From NCBI GenBank assembly GCA_003344405.1, contig NOWV01000147.1:124001-188000 (forward strand): 64,000 nucleotides of DNA, in the 5' to 3' direction. This document shows positions 53,386 to 64,000 of the stretch, in pieces (positions within the stretch are counted from its first letter, which is position 1; each line of letters starts with the position of its first letter). Source of the stretch: Trichoplax sp. H2. Its lineage: Eukaryota. The notes beneath the pieces are model-generated. The model was not told the DNA's origin. It ran no database searches and saw only the letters and a list, made by a program, of their open reading frames with translations. A program made the translations under genes and the position numbers.

Positions 53386-53967
53386 TGGAGTTGACTGGAG
53401 CTAGTGGCCAGGATCATTTTTGCATACTGTACACAGTACTGATACGCATGTAGCATTGCACGTTATACTGTACTAGTATGACCAATCGCCACCGAGCTGA
53501 CTCATCGCTGCAGCAACTCGATCATACAGAATCCAGTTCTGCAGTATCACGCATGAGTCATCTCACTGCAAGTGCAACATCATCTCAATAGCAGCATTGT
53601 AGACGTTTCGGATCGTTTCGGATCGTTACGTTTGACGTGATGGTACTAACAGTGTTGACCCTGGTGAAAGACTGATAACACACTTTGTATGCCCACTGCA
53701 GTACAGTACAGGACAGTAGTGTGCTGTCCAGTATGCCTACTTTCAAGTGGTCCGTGCCTGGACCGTCACGTCACTTCATTGTGCGACTCACAACGAGCCC
53801 GCAACAATTTGAAATCTTGGCCAGCGTGTGCAAGCCATTTTCCTTCTCACTTCCATCACTGCCAGCTTTCCATTTTATCCACTATAACGTAGGATAGCCT
53901 GCCTTGACTGCTGGAGGAATCCAATTTATTCTATTGCATTCGATAGCCAAGTAGACTGATTCATATC

Positions 53968-56900
53968 ATGGATGATGACTGGGGATTAGCAGCTCGTAAG
54001 CAAGATGAACAAGCCAAATCCAACGAGGTATCTTCTTGATAAAGCATGATGCATATTTCAAATGCCATCGCAAGACTGTACAAGGCGATGTTGTCTGCCA
54101 ATTTTGAAACAATTTAAGCGCGTGATAGTAGGGGCCATCGCTTACAGGATCATAACACCATGCTAGTCATGGCTGTTATTTTTTGGAACCTATTTTACCG
54201 AAAGGATTTACAGCTGTAGAGTCCAGAATGCAACCCGATGATAATTTCAATTCGATTCGCTTGTAAAAATCGACTAGGTACCAATAGGGGGCCGTGATGA
54301 TAGGACTAGTCGATGGGAAGATACTGTGTGGGATATTATTCTAAATTGAAAATAGTCCATGAAGATACCTTACTATCCATAAACTGTTGTAGCAAAATTG
54401 AATTTTTCCCGAGTATAGTATACACTTTAGGTTGATTTCATTCGATCGAGGGGATGTGGATAAGCAGAAGCAGGATACTATCGATCCTTTTGACCAATAT
54501 TGTCTCTTGTCCAGTGACCGCTACGACGAATAAGGCGATTGAAAGCAAGCAGGTAGTTCAAGAGCAGCTGATTTCCGTCTTGTGATAATCGGACAAGATA
54601 GCAGCAGATCATGGTGCATCCCTACAAACTCTCAATCAATGTCGTTAAAATGTAGCAGTCTACTTGGGCATGACATCCAACTCTAGACTTTAATTTGCTA
54701 CTAAAGGCGTGCTACGACCGTGTTCTTGTAATAGATGCAGTCGTTGTTAATCGCAACAGTCAAGGCCTTTGACTCAAGGATTCATAATAGTTCGATCGAG
54801 ATTTCCCTATGGACTTTACATGCAACAGCCAATACATGAAATCTACCGCTTATGGATGAATTAGCTCGCACTTTGCTACCATTCATTCAAGTTAAGCGAC
54901 CTAACTAGTCGCCTTCAGGATTTTAAATTACTGCCATGTGACTCGAGCATGTTTTTGCCTTCTTGGCCGCCTTGCTTCCGCTGATAACACGCACAAACAT
55001 TGCACGAGTAGACGCTTAAGATGTTCGCCGGTACTCGATAGTCAATTCAATGCCTGCCAAATGCCCTCATAGCTGCTCATTTTACGCGGACTGATCGCAT
55101 CATTTCATTATCAGTAAACAAGATCATCATGAGATGGAATGACTACAAATGATCCATGAAGGCAATGATCGTAAAATGATTGAGCAAAGAATCGCAGTTA
55201 AGTACTACAGAATTCATAGAAACCCTATCCACTATGGATGCCAAAATTCGCCACAGACTTTCCAATATTTTCGGCATTTCGTGAAGTATGGTAGTGACTT
55301 CATTATAGCTGCATTCGTCTCTTCAACGTTATGTTTAATAGTTAATCAAGCCGAAAGGAAGGTCACTCAATGGATATCTCGATCATTGACTATGCATTTT
55401 ACGGTATTTTACCTACGTCGATGTTATCCGACTAACCGCGTCTCAATTTTTTTCATTAGTTGTAGTTTGACTAACCCTGGGCAAGATCTAATGTACAGTG
55501 TATGCGCCGACACGAATAATGGTCCAATTTTTTGCAGTGAGCTACGCTTTTAGTCAATGCTTTAGTATGGTTATCCTATTATAACCAAAAGCATTAATAT
55601 TGAGAGCTCTTGACTTGATTGATCATAACAAGTACAATCATGAGTCAATTATCTCTAGCGAGCAATATAAAACCAGGCGGCAACATGTGCAGCCGGTCTA
55701 GTAGCTACGTTAGTACGTAAGAGTGTGAATTAGACTTCCTTGAATCCTTACAAGATGCTAAGTAAACCATCCTAGTAGATTGCATTTTGGATGTGTAACA
55801 TCCATGTCAAAGAGATACAAGTTTGAACCCTCAACTTGTAAAGAAAGGATAAATCTATAATTGTTAACTGATCATTTAGTCATGCACACCTTACACTGTA
55901 TCTTACTGTGGTATCGATTATGTCATAATCACCACACACATTTTTCAATTGACCCTTGAATAATTAATCCATCCATTCATTTTAATTTTAAGCAAGGTGA
56001 AATCAGCTACATAGCAAGAATGATATCTCATACTATTACGTTGTCTTTTTCTTTTTAGCAGAAAAAGAAGGCCGATGAACCTACAACCAGCTCGGCTACA
56101 GGTGAGTATCTTGCATTGATAGATAGTTTGATATGCAGTAGGTGGAAGGAAGGAGCTAATTGAATTTTATATAACAATGGTAAAAAGCAGGGAAAGATTC
56201 AGACACTACTTCAACCTCTACTGAGGATGATGCTGGAATTTCATCAGCAGAAATGTCTCTTTTAAATAAGGTTTTACGCTCCAAGCTCGTTAGCACTACT
56301 GCTGACATTGAAGTTCAGCGTCAAGATCCAAATTCTCCGTTATATTCCGTAAAATCTTTTGAGGAATTAAATTTGTAAGCCACGTAATATCTTTTCAGAC
56401 CTTTGAAACGGTAACAAAGAACATCATTTAAACTAAATGATAACAATTTCAGGGCAGAAGCTGTTCTGAAGGGTGTATACGGCATGGGCTTCAACACTCC
56501 ATCTAAAATTCAAGAAACCGCTTTGCCACTCCTTTTAGGAGCCAAGTAAAAGCAATCGAATATCTCTAATTTGTTGACATCATTGGATTGTATTAACTAT
56601 TTTCTTTGTAAATTGATCCTTCCCAGGCCGTCGAATATGATTGCACAATCACAGTCGGGAACAGGAAAGACTGCCGCATTTGTATTAACGATGATCAGTC
56701 GAATTGATCCAAACAAAGAATATCCTCAGGCAAAGCAGATTTACTAGTTTCTACTCTTGGATTAACGTGGCGTTCTCATGCTTTCCATATTTTACAATTT
56801 AGGCCCTTTGCTTGTCACCAACGTTAGAATTAGCACAGCAAACGGGTAAAGTTTGTAAACAAATGAGTAAATTCTTAGATATTAAAATAGCAATGGCGAC

Positions 56901-58003
56901 CAGAGGAGAAGAGCATGGTAAATATTATGATCTAGTTAACCTGGACGATAATAGCGAAGCGTAACCAGTTTACACATGCTCCTCTTAGGTAGACGAAGGG
57001 AAAAGAAGGTAGAGCAAATCATTATTGGTACTCCGGGTACAATTTTGGACTGGATTAGACTGAAATTATTTGATCCTAGCAAGTTGGGTATATTTGTTTT
57101 GGACGAAGCGGATGTAATGATTGATACACAAGGCCACCGTGATCAATCAATCAAGGTGCACAGGTAGGGAGTATAGTGCTATGAAGACTAAATTGGATCG
57201 GTATTATCGATGCAAATCGTTGGCTATACAAGTAATACTAAATGAAAGACTTGAACGTCTAGGCACTTGAAGAAAAGTGCTCAATTTCTCTTGTTCTCCG
57301 CGACGTACGAAGATCGTGTCATGAAATTTGCAGAATCCATCGTTCCAAATCCCGTTATTATCAGATTAAAACGTAGTGAAGAAAGCTTAAGCAACATTAA
57401 ACAATTTTATATTCGGTGTCAAGACCGACAAGAAAAATTCGAAGCACTATCTAATATCTATGGAACTATTAGCATCGGCCAAGCCATGGTCTTTTGTCAT
57501 GTAAGCCACTACAGTAGATTGCGATTTATAGTAAACCCTTATTGCTGCTACCGAGATAATGTATGATGTGGTTTTATTACGTCTAGACTAAAAAATCTGC
57601 GCAATGGTTAGCTATGAAGATGAAAGAAGATGGTCACGCTGTGGCTTTGTTAACGGGAGACAATTCTCCTGAAGAGCGTATGTTTGTCATTGATAGGTAC
57701 AGAAGTGGAAAAGAAAAACTTTTAGTAACAACTAACGTATGTGCTCGTGGTATTGATGTGGAGCAAGTGTCTGTTGTCATCAATTACGATGTGCCTCTTG
57801 ATGGCCGTGGAATCCCTGATTGCGAGACTTATTTACATCGAATTGGTAGAACTGGTCGTTTTGGAAAGAAAGGTATTGCTATTAATTTCGTGGATTCTGA
57901 CCGATCTTTCAATAATTTAAAGTCGATAGAGAAACATTTTGGTCGAAAGATTAATCAGATTATAGCAGACGACCCTGACCAGTTGGAACAATTAGCTGAT
58001 TGA
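53968..58003 (+). CDS. DDX19: DEAD-box RNA helicase DDX19/Dbp5 (mRNA export)
   Basis: Exons 53968-54027, 56059-56101, 56191-56374, 56453-56545, 56627-56729, 56803-56917, 56989-57163, 57263-57500, 57587-58003. Motifs [38 protein letters not shown] and [10 protein letters not shown]. Confidence 0.95.
56730..56802 (+). other. GC-AG intron in DDX19
   Basis: CAG|GCAAAG donor. Read-through hits an in-frame TAG, and only this junction restores YPQ-ALCLSPT. Confidence 0.85.
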
Positions 58004-58759
58004 GGACGAACAATGTGATCGAGCCTGGTTTATTACCATACTCTGTATATTAGCAATATTAAGTTTAATATCACGGTGAAAGTTGTTTGATTGAAACCAT
58101 GAAAATGCTATAATCTCACAGCGGTTTCGTTTGCTTTTCGATCTGTTGTAAATGATGAAAGCATATTGACGAAAAGTAGGTGTTGAAACTGTCAAAGTAG
58201 TCGTTCAATTTAAAGATTACAAAATTATCTATACCTTCTTTTGCACGGTCTGTACGTAGGTTGATATGGAATAGTGAAGCCGTGTCTATGCTTTGACTTT
58301 CTAAAATGTATTAATAAAAGGAAACGTTGACAGATGCATTATAGCGAGAGGAAATGGATCATTTTGATGAGGATATTGAGTCGTACTGTTGTTGTACTTG
58401 TATACAGTACAGTGCATCTATTCAGTATACGTATGGCAAAAATGAATTGAAGTAGTTGCAAGTTATTGACAGTGGATCCATTTCTGAATAAAATAAGTAT
58501 AGCGTTGATTCAAGAATCCGTGCTTTAAAGGGATTGGCTTACTGCAACAATGTGGTTGCAGACTCCACTTGCAATACGTTGAAATGGTTGTACAGTATAC
58601 GAGTCGATCATGGGATGCTAGTCCTTCAAGCAGTTGTGTTGCCGACGGACTGTGTGACTCAGGGTTATTTGATTTTCTCTTACTGGTTTCAATCGTGGAG
58701 AGTAATGCACTTGTTGACACTGCTTCATCAATATCAGATATATCTTCTTGAGCAATGTT

Positions 58760-59569
58760 AAGCATGCGATTCAGATCCGTCAAGGCTAAAATAGAGACGC
58801 TACAGTAGTAAGTGCAAGTCCCTGAGATATCCTATAGATCAGAGATTTGAACTACCACTACCGTTGGTCTATGTTTTTGAAGCATGCGATTGAGATCAGT
58901 CAAAGCTAAAATAGAGATGCTACAGTAGTAAGTGCAAGTCCCTGAGGTGTCCTATAGATCAGATCATCAGAGACTTGAACTACAACTACCGATGGTCTAT
59001 GTTTTTAAAGCATGCGATTGAGATCAGTCCAGGCTAAAATAGAGACGCTACAGTAGTAAGTGCAAGTCCCTGAGGTATCTTATAGATCAGATCATCAGAG
59101 ACTTGAACTACAACTACCGTTGGTCTATGTTTTTAAAGCATGCGGTTGAGATCAGTCTAGGCTAAAATAGAGACGCTACAGTAGTAAGTGCAAGTCCCTG
59201 AGATATCCTATAGATCAGAGACTTGGAACTACCACTACCGTTGGTCTATGTTTTTAAAGCATGCCGTTGAGATCTGTCAAGGCTAAAATAGAGACGCTAG
59301 AGTAGTAAGTGCAAATCCCAGAGGTATCCTATACTGTATAGATCAGATCATCAGAGACTTGAACTACAACTACCGTTGGTCTATGTTTTTGAAGCATGCG
59401 GTTGAGATCGGTCAAGCCTAAAATAGAGACGCTACAGTAGTAAGTGCAAGTCCCTGAGATATCCTATAGATCAAGGGACTTGAACTACAACTACCGTTGG
59501 TCTACAGTATGTTTTTAAAGCATGCGGTTGAGATCAGTCAAGCCTAAAATAGAGATACTACCGTAGTAA
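58760..59569. repeat. Tandem array, ~120-135-bp unit, 6 full copies plus 1 partial
   Basis: Copies begin aagcatgc at about 58760, 58880, 59008, 59136, 59257, 59392 and 59518. Core gctaaaatagagacgctacagtagtaagtgcaagtccctgag. Confidence 0.95.
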
Positions 59570-59939
59570 TGACGAATGATCATAAGACAAGCACAAGCAG
59601 AAATGGGCGAGTGTGTTCGTTTTTTACATGGCGACTAGGAGCATTAGCATGCTGGCTATCCGACCATGATTTACTTCTCAAAGAGACATATTGACTCCCC
59701 ATTTGTATTCTCCACTGCCAAAGAGGGAGAGACATGGCGTTGTCTCCTCGTGTGTACTCGTTGGTGTATATCCATGTAAGGACTTTTCTAATGTTATGAT
59801 TTGGCAACAATTTCGCTCTCTCCATGCGAATGCCAAATTGTTGAAGATTGTCTAGACCGGTCAGAGGTTCCGTTCCAACCGCATACCAACCGATTCAAGT
59901 CACGTTCTCCGCTTCGAGGGTCCTTGCGTCTGTCCGGTT

Positions 59940-60100
59940 CAGGTTCAAGTTCAGAATTAGGGATCCGCCAACGGTCGGTCCAGCTTACAGTACTCTCCAC
60001 GGCGAGTGTACAGTACACAGCTGTGTACTGTACTGTACACTGTACCGTTACAGTGTTTACTACAGTACCGTATCGGACCGCGCCGTACCGGACCGGATAA
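59940..60100. promoter_or_regulatory. Promoter island with TACWGTA/TACCGTA cluster and a 26-bp perfect palindrome
   Basis: gtacagtacacagctgtgtactgtac at 60008-60033 and GGACC pentamers at 60074-60097, about 500 bp upstream of the 60595 ATG. Confidence 0.6.
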
Positions 60101-60594
60101 CCGTTTCTCATTCAGTATTGTCATTTGAAAATACTTAACTTGCAGCTTTGGTTGACAATTTAAAACAGTTTGGAAAATTACACGAGGGAAAGAAAGTTGC
60201 AGAACTTTCATCTGTATGCGTAATTTGCTTTAACTAAGCCTAAAAGAGCCCAAGTGATAGTATTGAGCGTACAACATCAAGATTGCCTTTTCCCCGTAGC
60301 AAGCAGTGCATCTACGCCATCATTACTGTACTGGATAGCAGCAGCAGCAGTGTTGGAAGAAAGAAAATAAAAATTCCAATTTACCTCGCTTGCAATAAGG
60401 TAAATTAGCTCGCAGTAGCATTGCAATAATGTCATGTTGAGTCCTCATGCACGATTATCGGTATTACGGCCTACATGGATAGTTAATCATGACCCTTGTT
60501 ATTTGTATGCAGACAGGCAGAGGAGAAAAAATAATCCACATTCAAGAAAATTAATCAATGATAGTACATGTAGACAGCCGATATTGGTTGTAGT

Positions 60595-62661
60595 ATGGAT
60601 TTGATACAACATGCCTTTGAAACACGACTTAGCACTTCTGCTACAACAGACATCCAAAAGATACTCCAACTCGACAGTGGATCGGACTATCAGGACACGG
60701 AAAGTATGTTTGCATTGATTGGTGATAAATTGATGGAACTGGTATTATCTGCAATGGTATATGATTACGGATCCAAATTATCCTACTCTGATCAAAGTTC
60801 TATAGTCAATGCTTTGGCCAATGATCGAATCGTATTTCAACAACTATTCGATGCGATCGGTTCAACAACAATCATCCACCAGTTCAATCCTAATTGGGAT
60901 GGTCAAGGGCTTACCAATTCAATATTAAGCCGAAAGTTAAAGGCCTTTGTGGGTGTCTTAGTCATGCATGGCAGCTGGGATACTCTTGCACGTTGTATTA
61001 AAAAGCACTTGCTCAATTATGTTACCACACACATTGATGGTCGTGTTGATAGCAGCAAATCCAGGAATGCATCAGCAAAAGAAAATGAAAGTAATTTTCA
61101 TATCCACAAAAGATTCATACAAAATCCCATCACGCACCATTTCGATACTGAAGGAGGGAAACATAGCCAAGAATTGAAAGATCCTCTTGTAACGACGACG
61201 ACGACGGATACCGCTGACGAAAGCCTACCATCATCCTTTGAAGCTGCACGCAAAATGCAACTTTTACAAAATGAAATGATGCAAAAATCTCAAGAGCGAG
61301 AATACCAATCACCTAAACGTGATAACTTGAGCAGTCCAGGTGAGCTTGACTATGTATTAATCTGTCCATCGACATCAATAATCGCAACACATTTAGCCAA
61401 GGGTACAGTACATCGGTGACGTAGATTGTGTTCAGTAGATCTAGCCAAAGAGAAAGCATCTAACTAGGATATATGTATATTCATATTGATACTTCTAGGC
61501 AATGTATCTTTCAATAATCCACGTAGCGCAGTAACACCAAAAGAACAACGCGTATTTTCCGCTATTAGTGGATCAACTTGTACCCTGCTACAATTTAAAC
61601 AGTACGTCGCCCACCTGCCAGACATCAATGCTAGGAATAGCGGTAAAGTAGGTGATACACCGTTAATGTTACTCCTTCGAAAGACTCACTTACGAAGTGA
61701 CGACGAAATACCGAAAATTGAAGTCCTTTTAAGACTTGGTGCTTCTTGGACTGCAACAAACAATCAGGGTGCATCTGCAAATATAATCGCTCGCAAACAT
61801 GATAGTGCTGTCATCGATAGATTAAGGAAGATTCAACCTGTTGATATAGATGAAAGAGTGCCATTAAGCGAACCGCTGGAAAATTACTCTGTATCACCAG
61901 AGATGCAAAAGGTATTTTCAGCAGTGAGTGGAGATACTTATTCGCTACCTCAGTTTGAAGAAGCTGTGAATAATGTACCAAACATTAACTGTAGAAATTC
62001 TGGTAAAAAAGGTGATACAGCACTCATGATGTTATTACGAAAAGACGTACTAAAATTAGAAACAGATATTCCGAAAATTAAAATTTTACTAAGCTATGAT
62101 GCTTCTTGGACAGCCACCAACAATAGAGGTGAGACTGCAATGCAGCTTGCTACAAAGCATCCATCAAACGTTCTAGATATGATTAAATTCCCGGCAAATT
62201 CAGCTAATTCCACATCAAGTAATCCAGAACAAGTAAGCACTCCAGTATCCGAAAGAGAACCAGGTCAATCGCGTGGTGTATCAAGTCAAAAATCTGAAAC
62301 TCCAAATTATTCCACTAACGCAAGTATTAATTACAGTCCACCACTTAGGCATGTTGGCCTTAGGGAACGGAAAGTAATCGATGCGATCAAGAATAGAAAC
62401 TCCTCCATAGGCGAATTACGACGGGTAATATCTAGAGTTGAAAATTTGAATTTTTGTGATAATAGCGAAGTTGGAGACCCTCCTTTGATGTTGCTTTTGC
62501 GTCAAAAAGATTTAAATCTGTCGACCGATGTATCAAAATTTGAACTTCTCAGAAATTTTGGTGCTTCATTGGATTACCGAAATAATCGTAACCAATCCGC
62601 TAGGGATTTGATTTCTTCACTTGATAAAAACTTTTTCCTTAAAATCCAAAAATTTTGTTAA
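60595..62661 (+). CDS. 635-aa protein: degenerate RNase III-like N-terminal domain plus three ~85-aa ankyrin-repeat modules
   Basis: Exons 60595-61339 and 61499-62661 join through a phase-1 GTGAGC...ttctag intron. The three modules contain IN.RNSGK.GDT(P/A)LM.LLR...LL..GAS....NN.G. The N-terminus shows LIQHAF...FALIGDKLMELVLSAMVY...ILSRKLKAFVGVLVMHG. Confidence 0.8.
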
Positions 62662-64000
62662 AAGTTTCTCACTGTTATCGTTTCTTCCAATTGTTAAAAT
62701 AGTATAGAGTTGAGTGACCAAGTCATATCCAGAAATGATCTATATTTTTATTCAGGAATGATTCGCTCAATATGTACTTAGACCAATCATGATTACTAGC
62801 GATTGTAACGTTTTGAACAGTTTAAATTGATCAGCAATATTGTACAGTGTGCACATCTTTGACCTTGCTTGAAACTGCCTCTAGTTCACATGGATTGGTT
62901 CCTTATTTACACTTGACCACACCAGTCTGAATTGCATGTAGGCTATGAAGAAAATATTTTATTGTAAAAGTTTTAATAGGAAGTTCCAAGGGCGTCGTTG
63001 GCACTTATTATTTATTCAATATCAATCGTTTGTTACATAAAAGCGATCATGATGCTTGTATTTTGTTTTATCGCAATATACACAAAAATCGACTTAATTC
63101 TATTTATTCAGAAATAATATTATGTAACGGTTATGATATGCCAGCGTAGCCCTATTTATTCATGGACTTTACCAACGAATACAGTAATATCTATTTAAAG
63201 TTTTCGTACTCATATTAAATTGAACGTTCTAACGACAGTTTACTAAAAACTTTAAAACTAGAATTGAAATGTTGTGACTGATAATGACCAGTCTTGTACA
63301 GTGGTGAAAAATAAATACCGATACAACACTATGATAAGAGAGGAATCTCATATTCATCTTTGTTAAACTTCGCTTACAATCTTTATCATAACTTGCCTAG
63401 TAGTGTACGTGTAGCTACCGCAAACGAAAGAAATAGTAATAAGTTCAAGCTATATTCAATGTGTTACATATTGTGTATACAATTGTTTCGATTAGGTGAA
63501 AATTCAGTCTGAAAATGAAAACTTCTATATCTATCTTAAGATATTAAAATTACATCATTAATGAAGTTAACAATTACGCAGTCTTGGATAACTCTTTCTA
63601 CCCTGATTTAATTATTATTAAGGTTAGATTAGAAATGTTAATTTCGATATGTATAACCGTGTAATAAAAAAATTTCGTTGTTCGCACACATTAGACTTTG
63701 TCGACTAATAGAGATATTATCTTTAAACGAAGGAAGATAGTTATTGCTTCGTTATACCAGATTAAAGGACATTGAACAACATTTATAATAATATTAAAGG
63801 CTTTCTTATGCAATGATATATTGCAAGCATAAGCTTTAAGAGGGCTAATCCAAATTAGCAATAATCTATTTGTCTAAAAACTATATTTAAAAGTATAAGA
63901 GTATAACATGTTCTTGAAACACCGCAGGTATCAAAAAACATTCTGTACTCGTACAGCTTTATTTTTATCCGTAATAACATCTAGAGCATCTATTATTTTC

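Noticed and set aside
55149-55553. 134-aa ORF inside DDX19 intron 1
   Set aside because: No recognisable domain or splice linkage; consistent with a chance ORF.
54028-56058. DDX19 intron 1 as U12-type (GTATCTTCT)
   Set aside because: The donor is a poor match, there is no CCTTAAC near the 3' end, and it has a normal polypyrimidine tract.
58760-59569. Possible CRISPR-like array
   Set aside because: Units are similar along their whole length with no unique spacers. The context is eukaryotic and there are no cas genes.
59794-60211. Overlapping ORFs rich in YCTV/TVQY (also at 3488, 25617-25889, 34235, 42222, 53685)
   Set aside because: They are translations of stop-poor TACWG pentamer tracts at promoters, not proteins.

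Overview
AT-rich, intron-containing animal genomic DNA. The compact introns and gene content suggest an early-branching metazoan such as the placozoan Trichoplax; this is inference only. I could reconstruct 12 protein-coding genes by hand: an SMB-domain family-B-like GPCR, ZCCHC24, a rotund/ZNF384-like C2H2 factor between gene-empty flanks of about 6.8 and 11 kb, ATAD3, CFAP107, ALG3, a folate-receptor-like GPI protein, UBL5, ELP5, UBXN10, DDX19, and an unusual protein combining a degenerate RNase III-like domain with three ankyrin modules. Non-canonical splicing is visible: a U12 AT-AC intron in ALG3, a U12 GT-AG intron in UBL5, and a GC-AG intron in DDX19. The most striking non-genic signal is TACAGTA/TACTGTA (also TACCGTA/TACGGTA) piling up at nearly every promoter. 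Three independent internal alignments (two tandem arrays and one inverted repeat) show a plain TA converted to TA-CAG-TA or TA-CTG-TA, the excision footprint known for Sleeping Beauty-type Tc1/mariner transposons. These promoters may therefore be archives of nested transposon scars. Also present are promoter-associated hairpins, a hairpin cluster in a gene-free promoter-like zone at 3.2-4.3 kb, RFX X-boxes at both ciliary genes, two tandem arrays and one assembly-gap duplication. All exon structures were read manually and lack transcript support.
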